From Iphione sp. A-MEVVRFRX5 (lineage: Eukaryota), in the NCBI GenBank assembly GCA_976226885.1, contig OZ320320.1, positions 35,836,001 through 35,900,000 on the forward strand: a DNA stretch of 64,000 bases, given 5' to 3'. A program made the position numbers and the translations under genes. Below are positions 48,762 through 60,800 of the stretch, one piece after another. The notes under the pieces are model-generated. The model was not told the origin of the DNA. It saw only the letters and a list, made by a program, of their open reading frames with translations, and made no database searches. The stretch's first letter is position 1. Every line of letters begins with the position of its first letter.

Positions 48762-49305
48762 GGCCTGGTTTCATACCTGCGTTGATGTCCATGTGCATTG
48801 CCTTGTGTTTCTTACTAGCACAGTCATTTCAATGAAGGGTGTCCTTTCATTGTGGGTGTCCATTGTGTGCTTGGTGTTCATTTTTGGGCAGTGCTCGATA
48901 ATTTCCTAGATACAGGCACACCCGCACATCAATTCACTGCTATTTTCTCACATTTCTTCGATTTTGAGTGCCATTTATGCACATTTACACACAACTTCAT
49001 CTTTTACTGGATATTTTCAGTCATTATCACCATTTTTGGCCATCTCTCATGAAATTAGATCTTTTTTGCTGATTTTCCATGAAATTTGGCATTTTTCGGC
49101 TGAGTTTCCATAAAATTAGGCATTTTTCTTAAAGTAAGCTGTTCTTGGTGTTTTTCAAACTTTTTCCATCATGGACATATTGCCCCACATTGTCACTCAA
49201 AGGACACCCCTGTCAGGGAGCCTGTGGGGAAAAAATCTCTAAGGGTCTGCACTGACAATGCACCGGGACACTCCCGCAAGGGTCTGCAGGTATGGAAACT
49301 GGGCC
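48762..49305. mobile_element. PIF/Harbinger-type MITE
   Basis: TAA|GGCCTGGTTTCATACCTGC ... GCAGGTATGGAAACTGGGCC|TAA. A related copy lies at 52675-53204. Confidence 0.8.
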
Positions 49306-49980
49306 TAACAGGAGGGAATAGCAGGTGATATTCTGGTATCCTCATCACCAGATGGTAGTACTACTTCCGGACCATATAAGAGACCCGTGTATTAACATTT
49401 AAGAGTATTTTTAAATTAAATATAAATGAAAATCCTAGTTCGATATGATAAGTAAAAACAACATGCAATAATGTCATTATAGGGTCCTGCCATGATGTTC
49501 TTATTTCGTAAATGACCCTAGTACAGGATGACTCTCGGAATGAGATAGAAGTGTCATTCCGTCACGGTACGAGTGTTTCAGTTTTGATTATCGTGATTTG
49601 GTAGTGTCGAGTGTGAATGTGTCATGTGTCATAACGCAAAAATGTGCTGTGTCATGTTTATTCTATTGAGGCTTTAGATCGTCTGATCGCATCTTACTAA
49701 ATGTTTCCACCCTTAATTAAAAGAGGCTTCCTCTTAGTGCCGCTCAAACTGATTATCTCGACTGTCAGTCAGAGCCGTGTCGGGCATCGCCACATGAAGG
49801 CAAGAGAAGACAATGTTCACGTATATCATTAAGATAAGCCAGTCCGTGCTCGGTTGTGGCTGCCCACATTATTCAGACTAACCGAACCACAAATGTTTGT
49901 GGTTGTCGCTCCCCCTGTCCCCCAATATTCCATCAACTATCCACTGTCTGTAGGCAATCCGTCTTTTGTGTCCATTGTTA

Positions 49981-50332
49981 GACCAAAAAAATAGGTGTGT
50001 TTCTGGTAACCCACCCTTACCTAGTAAAACCTCACCCCACCTAAAAATTTTTGGGCCCCAAAGAGTTTCCAAGGCAGAATATCCTTAGAGATGTGTTTTC
50101 ACGACACATTTTTGGTAAATTCAGTTGAAAAATAACAAAATCCTTGGAAATTCATTAAAACAAACTGTAAAATTCATACAAATTAGTTCAAATTCTTAAT
50201 ATTATCTTATTTATTATTGAAAACCAGAGGACAAAACTGGAAAAAAAATCTAAAAAAAACAAAGATACCTCCCTCCCTACCAAGGTTTTTGGCTGGTCGT
50301 TACCAGAAACACACCTATTTTTTCTTTTGGCC
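49981..50332. mobile_element. PIF/Harbinger-type MITE
   Basis: TTA|GACCAAAAAAATAGGTGTGTTTCTGGTAAC ... GTTACCAGAAACACACCTATTTTTTCTTTTGGCC|TTA. Confidence 0.8.
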
Positions 50333-50797
50333 TTATCTTACTACAATGTTATAAAGGACGACATTACTGATCCAAGAGCTGAGCCTGAGGGCTTGGTCCT
50401 TCACTGAGTACGTTATAAAGGGAGCGTCAAGTAGGAATTGTAAGAGCGAGAGCCGTTATGGACAAAACATTATTCCATGCAAGATTGTAGTTGTGTTTAA
50501 AAGTAGGCGATGGACATAAACTTTTTGTCTGACGCCTTCCTTCTGTGCAACTTTCTTGGTAAACTGATCAAGCCCCTTCCTCTTCTCCATCAGGTACACG
50601 TACATGTAGGCTCTCCACATTGTACCACCATTGGGACACCTGCCCCCTTACTTTACACTCTCCATCTCTCCACCTATATCACCACCATCTGGCCACCTCA
50701 AGTTTCCTTCTATTTTATCTCTCATGCCTAAACCAACAACTGGTGAACTTAATTCTTCTGGCCCTCAATTCATACTGAAAACGCTGTAGAAACGTAT

Positions 50798-51018
50798 CCG
50801 GAAGTGAGCCTCTTCCGGTCCTGTTGTTGCACGTGAGGAACGCAATGTTTTTGTCGACGAGTGCAATCCCCTCCCAACCTAGTATGTACAAAGGCGCCGG
50901 GAAATCCCCGGCGGCTGAAGCCTCGGCGCTCTGTCTGCGAGGGGGCAGCACTGTTTTTGTTGGGCGAGTGCCCCTGGGCAGTGAGGACGGAAGGGGACTG
51001 AGTAATCGGTAGGTAAGT
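50798..51018 (+). promoter_or_regulatory. Plus-strand TATA-less promoter/first-exon candidate
   Basis: ETS site CCGGAAGT (50798-50805) plus an inverted CTTCCGG, CACGTG (50830-50835), CpG-rich sequence, and a strong donor TAG|GTAAGT at 51013. Confidence 0.4.
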
Positions 51019-51822
51019 AAGTTGGAGGATGAGGTGACAGTGAAGGGGCTAGCGGCAGCGGTGGTTAGTAGATTTAGGAGTGGTACTCATGCGGTACTAC
51101 AAGTAGCCTTTGCGGTTGTAAAAGAGATGAGGTAGCGGTTGTAGGAAGCATAAGGGTCTGGTAAACGATTAGTGGTAGTGGTTTGAAAAGGCATGATGAT
51201 ATTAATTGTAGGAAGTACAGGTGTAGGAAGTACAGGATTCAGTTGTAAAAGAGATTATGAATAGCGGCTGTGGGAAGTATGTACAAGTACAGTTAAAAAG
51301 GATTTGACGGTAGTAATGGTTACAAGAGATGATGAATATTGCTTGTGACAAGTACATAGGTCTCGTATGGCATTTGGTGGTAATGGTTGTAGGAGAGGTA
51401 GAAGTAAATTATAATATGAGGGTGTGGCCATTCATGTTGCTAGGTGTTGGTGGGTAGAGCAATGGTGGTGCTACAGTAGCAACTGTAGTAAGGGCAAATG
51501 GAAGATGAGCAGGCACCTCTGCTTGAGGTACATGTGATGGTATGGCACTGGTTGTAGTAGAGGTACAGGTCGTGGTATGTTAGGAATGTGGGAGGTGTAC
51601 GTAGGAGGTGTGGAGGAAGGGGGGGGAGGGTCGCATTAATCAAGGGGCACATGTGGTTGGTAATGGCTTTAGCGGAGGTGGTGTGGTAGTTACTGTATCA
51701 GGGGTAGAGGTGCAAGTGTCCGGGTGAGTGTTGTTCTTGGCGCTGTAGAGTCGCCGTAGGCAGGCGAAGGGGTTAATGGTTAAATGAGGCACATTAAGGA
51801 TATGTTACAGATCAAAGGTCAC

Positions 51823-52160
51823 CGGTATACTTGATCCCTGACACATACACAAACATAACGTAGTAGTCGGCAGTTGCCCCTCCCGCCTTCTTCTCTGAGG
51901 CTGCCTCCGGCCACAATAGCGGCAGCGAGTGGATCTATTGGATACAGGCAAACACTACCAACACACCGATACACAACAGTGTTGCCACAATAGGCGTCGG
52001 TTGGCGCGCCCCCGGGCGGGCGGCCACCCCCGACACCACCAATCGACACCCTGAGAAAGGTGCGACTGATCCCCTGCATGCCGCTATGATCAAGGGCCTC
52101 ACTTCCTGGGGAGGGGGTTCGAGTGGAAGAATGAACGATGGTGTCAGCGCGGAAGGTGGG
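51823..52160 (-). other. Candidate neurotrophin 5' exon in a CpG island
   Basis: Donor CCG|GTGACC after 51823. The ATG at 51856 is in phase with the coding exon (MFVYVSGIKYT-DI-M). Confidence 0.35.
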
Positions 52161-52674
52161 GGGACTGCTTCTGGATGGTATAGATAGGTGTTGAATTGCT
52201 GGTAAGAGAGGGTGTATATACGGACAGATGGGACACTACTAAATAGATGGCAAGTAGACAGGTGGAGATAGGTGGTGCATGCGGCTAGGCTGGTTTCAAC
52301 CAGACAGAAGGGAAAGATTTTGAGGCAGATTGGTGAGGGGAAATGAAGATGGATGGGAGATCTATGGGGACAAGAGAGATAGATAGGTAGAATCTGGCAG
52401 GTAGTGCTACATAGGAACTGGATGGCATTGGCTAGGTGGGAGGAGGGCAGTTAGACAGATGCTAATGATCACAGATAACCTGCTCAGGAAGGGCAGGTGA
52501 AGAAATGTGTGGGGCAGGCAGGTTGATAATAATGTGTATAAATTGATATATAAGCGTAGATTGTAAATGCTGGCTGAATGCACATGTGTAATGGGAGGCA
52601 TCAAGTCTGCTTACTGGTGGTGGATATGAAGATAGATTTAGATTAGTGACAGGCAGGCGGAAGCAATCTGACTT

Positions 52675-53204
52675 GGGTGCAGTTTCCTCACCTGCATTGG
52701 TGTCTGTGTGCATTTCTGTGCATTTTTGTCAATCATGTTGATTACAGTCTAGGGTGTTCCTTACCTGCATGTATCCATGTGTGCACTGGTGTGGGTTGGG
52801 TGTCTAGTATTCATTATCAGTGTGTGCTCGACAATTTTCCACAAACACACATGCACAGCAACACACTATTTCTTCATATTTCTTCACTTTTGAGTGTCAA
52901 TTACACACACTTATGCACAAATGCATCGTTTACTGGACTTTATTTGGTGGCTGTTGGCGTTTTATATGGTTTATATTGTCAATTCTTTCCCTTTTCATCA
53001 TTGTTTTACTCGTTTTTACCGTTTTTCAAAGCTTTTAGCATAATTTTTGTCATTTTTCATTACTTCTCCGGTCATTTCATGTAGTCTCACACAACCTCAA
53101 TGAGGACACCCCTATGAACGAGGGTGCATGAAAAAAATACATATAAATGCAACAGCACACCTTCCACATCTCCCCACACCCTCCAGTGGGTATGGAAACC
53201 GGCC
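52675..53204. mobile_element. Degenerate copy of the 48762 Harbinger MITE family
   Basis: Right TIR GGTATGGAAACCGGCC. Shares GTGCTCGA.AATTT.C, CATTTCTTC..TTTTGAGTG.CA and AGGACACCCCT with the 48762 copy. Confidence 0.7.
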
Positions 53205-55908
53205 TAGAAGGTCGTTAGAATCAAGCTGGTAACAAATGGATGGGAATATATAGAAGTATTTGTAGGTGGAATGTTCATAGTTTATGGAGATATGTGGAGG
53301 TAGGTGGAAAGGATTCATAAAAAGTAGGTGGATGTACCTGGGCTAATTCACAAAAGCAGTGCTATCCCTACATGCGGTAGTACCTGGTACACACCATATC
53401 CATTTCATGCAAACAAAGGACTGTCAAAGGTGATTTTAAGTACATGTAATACACATTTTTAAATGGACCTCATCTAGTCATCTATACATCTTTTGATTAT
53501 CTGAAGGTAAATATCAACCTGTGGACTAACATCTTGCTTGAAGTCTTAAAGTAAGGAAAATACTGTAGAGGTGAAGAATGGATGATAAAATAGGAGTAAA
53601 TACATATTCTAAAGGGAACTTCAAGGCTTGCTATAGACAAACTAAAGATAATTTTGACATAAGCAGTTCATCTAAAGGCAGTCCCACCTATTTCTTTATC
53701 ATTATCCTTGAATATAAAACAATACATACTCCTAAGTATGTAAAATTTTCAATCAAATGTCACATAGTTCCACCTTGCCTTTACCTTCACAGGAAGAAAA
53801 CAATCCATGTGTAATGTGCACACATGGTAGGACTGAATAGGCTAATAGGCAATCAGAGGTATTTAGAGTTGGTTGTCAAGATCTATAGCGCGAGAGCCAA
53901 TTGGAAGTAGATGGGAGTAAGTGGAGATAATGTGTCAACAGGTGAGTTCAGGTATGTAGAAGATAGAGAGGTTGGTGACAGGTGGGTGGAAGTGGTTTAG
54001 AATAGGTGAAAAACAGGTTACTGGCAGACAGAAAGTGATATGCAGGGAGATGGATGTGATGTTAATTGATGAGTGGATGTATGAAGAAGTATGAGGTTAT
54101 AGGTTGGTAACAGGCGGGTAAAGGTAGAAGGAGGGGTGGGGGACATGGAACAATTGTGTCGGTGACCAAGTCGTAGCGGGTTTCACGAAAGAAAGAATCT
54201 CATAAAGTTTGGCAAGCTACAACGCAAATGATCTAATCTTAGCCAGAATGACTGGGGTGGGAAAGGTCGAGGCAAGCCTTGAACTTAATTGTCCAAGTTT
54301 AAAAACTCTACTACCCTGTGCTCTGCAGAGGTAGGAATCGGGGACGCAGGGGATTGTAGCTGTGGTTAGCCACCATGAGAAGTCCGACATCCCCAACCTG
54401 GCTTTCTTGCATAACGATGATGTAAATGGTACATGAAGAGATGCGTACGCACGCCTGAGCTGACTGCATGGGTTCCTAACGGCAGGGCGGGGTCTGTTAG
54501 CAAGCGCATCGACTGCATGTACTACTAACAGACACACAGACACATGGTGCCGAGGTCAGTCACGACTCCAGCCCCACCACCCCGGCGCCCAGGCCACCCC
54601 AGGACCCCTTCTCCTCTATATGCTTTGTAACCGAGAGAAAACAAGAAGGTACGCTCCTCCAGGTACCCACTCCCTTGTTTGCAGACCGACCTGGCGGCGG
54701 TCCCCCACTGCAGCCAGGGACAACATCCGGGTGCTGGGGACATCCCAGGGAGAGTCTGGACCATGTGGCTTTTCGCATCTGCATGTCTACCTCAGTACTT
54801 CGACTTTCTGTAATTTTGTTTTCTCCTTGCTTGCCTATGCATTAGTTTAATCTCTCTCCAAGTCTGTCAGTTTGATAAGAATCGTTTCTTTCTTTCTCTG
54901 CGTTGTGCTTCGTCTATAAGAACCCTCTTTTCATGTTTCCACCTCTTACAAACCTCTTGCCTTTCTGCCAATACAGCCGTTTCTGTCCCGCGATTCTCCT
55001 GAGGCTCTTCCATGTCCACATGTTCATAAGTTCACAGTTGGGTACATCAGACAATTTTAAACGTTGAATTTAGGTGCAAGCACAAGTACCGCTCTACATT
55101 GACCATCGGCTCATTAACCATCTCTATGCACACACGTGTTAAATAGTCTGAAGTGTGGGCAAATGCAGCCTAAGTAAGTATACAAAATACATTTACATGT
55201 ATATTGATCCAGATTTTCCCTCCGTCCTTGCATTTCCTTTATCTAGATACAACCACCGTCTTTACCTTCCTCCATTTGACTATTCTCTATATATTGCACA
55301 TGTACCCCTATCTCTTCCCCCTAATAAATTGTCGTCCTTTTCTGTATCGTGTTCCTAAGAATCTTTTTCTTTTCTCTCCCATATCTCTTTTTAATAACCC
55401 TTTAAAATATTGTCCGTGCATTGTACGTACTTTCTTTTCATTTCTCCTCTATGACATTCTGTTTGTTATATCTCTTTTTCATTCACTTCTCTCCTATTCT
55501 TTATCTCACCTTTTTCTTTCCCAGTCCAAAAATCACACATTCCTTGTATTCCTCTGTCTCCTTATCTGCCAATTTATCTCCTATCTATGACCTAGGGCCT
55601 TACCCAGTATGTTTTGCTCTCTTTCCCGTCACCTCTCTTTTTGTACGTAAGTAAGTGCACACTGTGTCATTGTAGGGAAGCGTTGGCGTCAGTTATAAAT
55701 CAATAGGTGCCCGTTCTCCTTTACTATACCCACCAGAAGGTGATGACATTACATTTTTTGTGGTGTCATCTCCACCGCACTTGCACAATTTTGCGCAAGA
55801 CTGTTGCTCGATGAAAGCTTCGGCTACAAGTCACCCATCACACCTGATAGGAAGGTAACTGTGCCATGTGATCCAAAACGTGAAATGACAGATGTCTTTG
55901 ATGCCTAC

Positions 55909-56450
55909 CTGGCGTTGTGTACTCTCAGGGGAGGTCAGCCGGGGGATCTGCCTCAGATTGAGCGGTTCTTGGTTTCCCAGAAGAAGTTGGTGGTGACCTG
56001 CCGGTGGGGGTGTCCACTGCTGGTGGCCGGATGACGTGTTCACTGTTGGTAGCCGTCGGTGGGTGTCCAGCCTCTCCCGCTGATCACTGGCACGAGTCTG
56101 ATCACTGAGCCTCTCCGCTCTCCTTATATATACGTCCATATATGGTTAATATGCAAATAGGGTTCCCACGTGATTGAGATTACTTCAAAGGTGAGGCCGA
56201 GCGTGATGATGCGTATCCTGCGGAGGGTTGGGGGTGCGCTATTGGTGCCATGCCCGGAGGAGCCTGCCTGGAGGAGGAGCACCTGGAGGGGCAATCCTTG
56301 GGCGACGGAGCGGCGTGGTGGACTGCTCCGCCTCTGTCAGGAGAGTGCAGACACGGATCGCAACTTTCTTGTCTCTCTCATGGCAGGCTGGCGGTAGCGG
56401 CGTGGGAGGTGGGTGGAGTAGGTGGTTATTTTTGACGCATGACGTCCACA
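55909..56450 (-). promoter_or_regulatory. Candidate neurotrophin promoter (TATA, CArG, octamer, E-box, CRE-like) plus non-coding 5' exon
   Basis: TATATATAA 56132-56124, CCATATATGG 56136-56145, ATGCAAAT 56151-56158, CACGTG 56167-56172, TGACGCATGACGTC 56433-56446, Inr-like TCAGT/TCAGAC near 56100, donor CAG|GTAGGC after 55909. Confidence 0.6.
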
Positions 56451-57545
56451 GGTGGAAGAGCTTGGCGGCCGCCAGCACCTGCCAACCGACCGTACGACGA
56501 TATGTGGGGCGCGCGCACTACGGTGTAACGGGCCGCCCGCCGCCCGCCGCCCGCCACTATTTGTTGTGCCTGGGCCTGTCACCATGGTTGGGGGAGGAGG
56601 GGCATAGAAACTGAGACTGATATAAATCCAGAGTGCATAGCAAAAGAAACAGAAAAAGAAAGAGATGAACGCTTAATTTAAAAAAATCAGTGGAATGCAG
56701 TTGGGCACTTGCTACACACCTAAATAAGATCACTACATGTATATTGGGAGTGAAAAAGAGAGCGACAGAAGGGAAGAGAGAAAAGGAGAGAAAATAGAGA
56801 GAGGAAACATTACCAAGAAGTTGAGGAAACATTACCAAGAAGCTGAGGAAGAGACCAGGAGGGGAAGACCAGTTGTAATATAATCCATGCAAAAAAACTG
56901 TCGTGTTTTCGAAATGGGCTCGTGGACCGCGCTGATAGCGGACGAGGTTAAAAGGCACCTTCAGTTAGCATGGATAAAAACAGTAATGATCAAACTAACA
57001 AATGTTGGCTTTGGATGCAACAGGAAGCAATTTACGACAGCAAAGGTGAGAGAGGCACCCACAGAGTGAGGGGAGAAGTGAACAAATCAGGCAGTATTCT
57101 TGACACTTCAGCGTGGTTCCTGCCAGATCTAACAGCGATAGGTTTTTGCAGGCTCACGAGAGTGTGTACACATTTTACCATTCGACTGTTTGTCACATCC
57201 TGTCCCTCCGTTCTATCCCTGTAATCCGGTAAGTTCCCGTCACTGCACAGCCTGGACATCAATTTGTAGACTACCCAGTCTACCCAACCATGGCCTTGAG
57301 TATACCTGGCCCGAAATCTGGCTCAATGGAAAGAGTGGGAACAGTCAGGAGCACCTTCACAGACACCTCTGAAGGGAAACTGTGCTTCAGAAAGAAGGAA
57401 TCCGAGAGTTGGCTATCAGGGTACACTATATCCATGATAGAAGATAGTAGAGAATCTAAACAGAGACCCTGAGCAAGAACCAAAGCACAAAGCCAACAAA
57501 TCTAAAAAGAATATGCCATGAAAAAATATAGAGGTAATGAAGATT

Positions 57546-57872
57546 CATGATGTCACTAGTTTCCTCCTCAATAGGCTACCGAGTTTGGTGTCCCTTTGCC
57601 AGCACAGTACCCTCTGTTTGTGTGTTGCCTATGGCAACCAAGGGCCATAGGTCTCCCTATGACAGTTTCTCCCTTGAATGAATGGGGCGGGCAAATAAGT
57701 TGATCACGGGTTCACTCGGTTTCGACTTGGTAGTCTCTTCAGGCCTTTTGTTTTCTTTTAAACCGTTGATGTTTTTGGGTCGGTGAATTTGAAGGATCTT
57801 TTGTTTTAACATATCATGTAATTTAGTTTTAATCCAGTAGCCCCTGAATTTTGGGCATGTGGACTTTTGTAC
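57546..57872 (-). mobile_element. 327-nt retrozyme-like insertion with 18-bp TSD
   Basis: ATAGA(G/A)GTAATGAAGATT at 57528-57545 and 57873-57890. No ORF and no poly(A); contains a complete hammerhead. Confidence 0.85.
57570..57749 (-). ncRNA. Type I hammerhead ribozyme with 129-nt loop III; predicted cleavage after GUA (57577)
   Basis: AAAAGGC-CUGAAGA-GACU-acca-AGUC-GAAA-CCGAGU-[129 nt]-ACUCGG-UA-GCCUAUU. All core nucleotides are present; stem II 4 bp, stem III 7 bp, stem I 4 bp plus 2 after one mismatch. Confidence 0.88.
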
Positions 57873-60800
57873 ATAGAAGTAATGAAGATTGCAAGAAGGG
57901 ACAAGAACACCTTGGTGGATAAGCTTGCTAAAAAAAAAGCTGACAAAGCAGCAGACAAGAATGTGGACCCTCTACAATATCACCCAACAGCTGTCAGGAA
58001 GGAAGCCAACACAAACCAATAAGTATGGGTGAGCAAATGATACTCAATAAGCCAACAGACCAGTTAGACCAGTGGAAGGAGTTTTTAGCAGCCTTCTCAG
58101 TGGTGCATCAGTTGCAATTCCACTAGGCCTTGAAGAATGGGAAGATTTGACCATTAACCTGGACCCAATCAGCAAAGAAATAATAATAAAGGCCATCAAG
58201 AAGATGAACAGTGTGAAAACAACAGGACCAGACAACATTCACCCAGGAGTCTTGAAAGTAGACCCAAACACCAGGATGGCCTAGTCATCACACAGAGAAG
58301 AACTCTACAGGCTGAACGTAAGCTCATCAACATGACCTAGGGTGAAGCCAACAGAACAGCCTAGGACAGCGTGAGATGGAGATATGCAATGCAGCCCTTT
58401 GTTCCAATTAGAACAAAAAGGACTAAGTAAATCTGTTTGGTCCTATCCTCATCTCTGCTCAGTGTGCCTGTTCTCCAAATCTACTTTTTCTACAACCCAC
58501 TTGGTTCTTGGTCTCCTTGTGGTTTAGTCTATTTGCTGCTTATTAGAGCTGGTCCGAAGCCTACCTGATCCTCAGTGAACATATTTCGCAGCCAGTAGTC
58601 TTATCCTTTTGCCTGTCCCTGAGCATTCCACCTGTTCATCAATTCTCCCATTTGACAACCCCAGTGGTGGATTTCCAATCTTGTTTCTTCGCCTTCTTCG
58701 TTTTTGGTCTAGCTGGGCCTCAGCTTCCCTGGTCATCAGCCCACTTTTTTACCACCTGGTCAAGTAAGCTACTTGGACCTTAGCCTAACTCATAGATCAT
58801 CTGATCTCATCCTTGACCTGTTTGTAGTCCCTCAGCCAACCCAGCCTCTTAACTTTCTTTGATAATAATTTACCTGGACCTCAGCCTAGCCGGTCCTTCA
58901 AATGAACCAGTGCTAAACCTAACCTGAATATATCAGGACATAGGAATGTGCTGGTACCATTCATGTGTAAGACAAATGGTACACAGAAAAACGTCCATGA
59001 TGACAATCCACTGTTGATGGTTTTTCCTGGATAAGGATATATAAGTGAGATGCATAATAGGCTTATTTCAAATGCAAGCAGTCATCAAGCTGGCCCCAAG
59101 GGATCACTGTGTCTATCGTATTTAATACATGTACATGGAAAAGCATCATGCAGCTTGGTCCGAAAAATACATTGCTGCTACATATATGGCACTATGAATA
59201 TGTGCACATGGAAAGCCCGTCTTCAGTCTTCAGCCACTCATCTGTCCCTCGGTCTACCTTGGCCATCGACTCATATCATCCCTACCCTACCTACACGTCC
59301 ACCTAACTTGCCCTACAACCAATCTAATGGGCTTTCTTATAGCTAGAACTCGGTGTACCTAGTCCTTTCTTTTCTGGACCTAAACCTACAACTTTCTTTA
59401 ACTTAACTCATCTTCAGAATACCAGTTTCCTCTAATTCTAGGGTTTCTAGTCTACCAGCCCTGCACCTCTCTCGTCCTCTAGGTGTCCCTCAGCCCCCAA
59501 AGTCCTCAATCTCTCCTTACTATTGTCACAGCACGCGCCATGCCTATGCCTAGCCACGTATAAGCTTCTGTGGTCCTCATCCTCACTGCATGGGCCTCAA
59601 GCAGTCTCCCCGTTCCTTAAACTCCCTGGTCCTCAATCCCCCTCTTTCATTCGGTGTGCATGTATACCATGATACAGGTGTACATACAAATCACGAAACA
59701 TGCTACCTGCGGGGGTGGCTGTTATAAATCTCTTCTATCATTAGCCCATTATATTTGGCAGCAGTAAATCTATCAGCCTCATTTTTTACACCAAAGTGTC
59801 GCGGTGATTTATCCCATCGACGAGGTATAAAGGGTCTACAGCTTGGTGGCGGGTAGAAGCAGCCGGAAAATGCTCACGCCCTCCTCACTGCTAACACTCT
59901 TATCACAGGAATTTCAAATAACAGGACCAATGGCCTGTTTCGAAAGAAGGTACAGATGTTACAATGCTATCTCTGGTTATCTGCCAAATTCCAATGCAGT
60001 GTAGACAACACATATTTTCCCAGCCCTGACCTTAAGCCGAATAGCAGTATTACATACAAATTAACCGTCTCTACCACTCCCTGGCCTTCGGCCACCTGGT
60101 TACATTACTGATACATCTACATGTACATGCACTATGCTCACAAACTAAACCAGCAAGCAGTTCTGAGCTCTGGCAACCTATACGCACTAAATAAGCAAAA
60201 TAGCAAATCTACGTTTTACTACGTGTATATACATGTATATACTACTGAGCTCTCACGTACGGCCTAATGTTAAGACAGGTTCATGTAGTACATTTGCAAC
60301 ACGTAGTGTCTATTTCGACGGTAAGCTACCTAGCCCTAGGTTACAACGTCAGCTCTGACTTGAACAGGTCGTGCGCATTCCGTTCTCTATGTAGCCCCAG
60401 TCATGACAAGGGGGGCTATGTCCTATAACATCAAATGCACAAAAGATGTTAAGTATTCGCTACCAAAATTCACGAAGAAGAGATGCACCCCCCACCAAGT
60501 CCTTTTGATATTATCAGGGACCACCCCGGACACACGAGGGGGTGACTGCGTGCGCGAGCATACATCACAGTCCCCTTCTTTGAGAGGGGGGTGGGGTGAT
60601 AATTGGTGTCGTGGTAACAGGCCACGTGTTATAATGAGAGGGTGTCGGCCATTGCGAAGGTTGGGAAGGAGGAGGAGAAAGAGGGGTGATAAAGGGAATT
60701 CAGGCAGTTATCATACTTCACCTAACTTCACCTTAACATGATAACTGCACCATGTCGACGTCACGTGGACCAAGACACACTAATGTAACTCAGTCAAAAG

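Larger units (their letters stand above)
56990..58430 (+). mobile_element. RTE-clade LINE relic (RT core deleted), interrupted by a 327-bp insertion
   Basis: FRKKESESWLSG, EVMKIARRDKNTLVDKLA (after removing the insert), LDPISKEIIIKAIKKMNSVKTTGPDNIHPGVLK, C-terminal MT*GEANRTA*DSVRWR, and a TAAGTAA-type tail. Confidence 0.75.
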
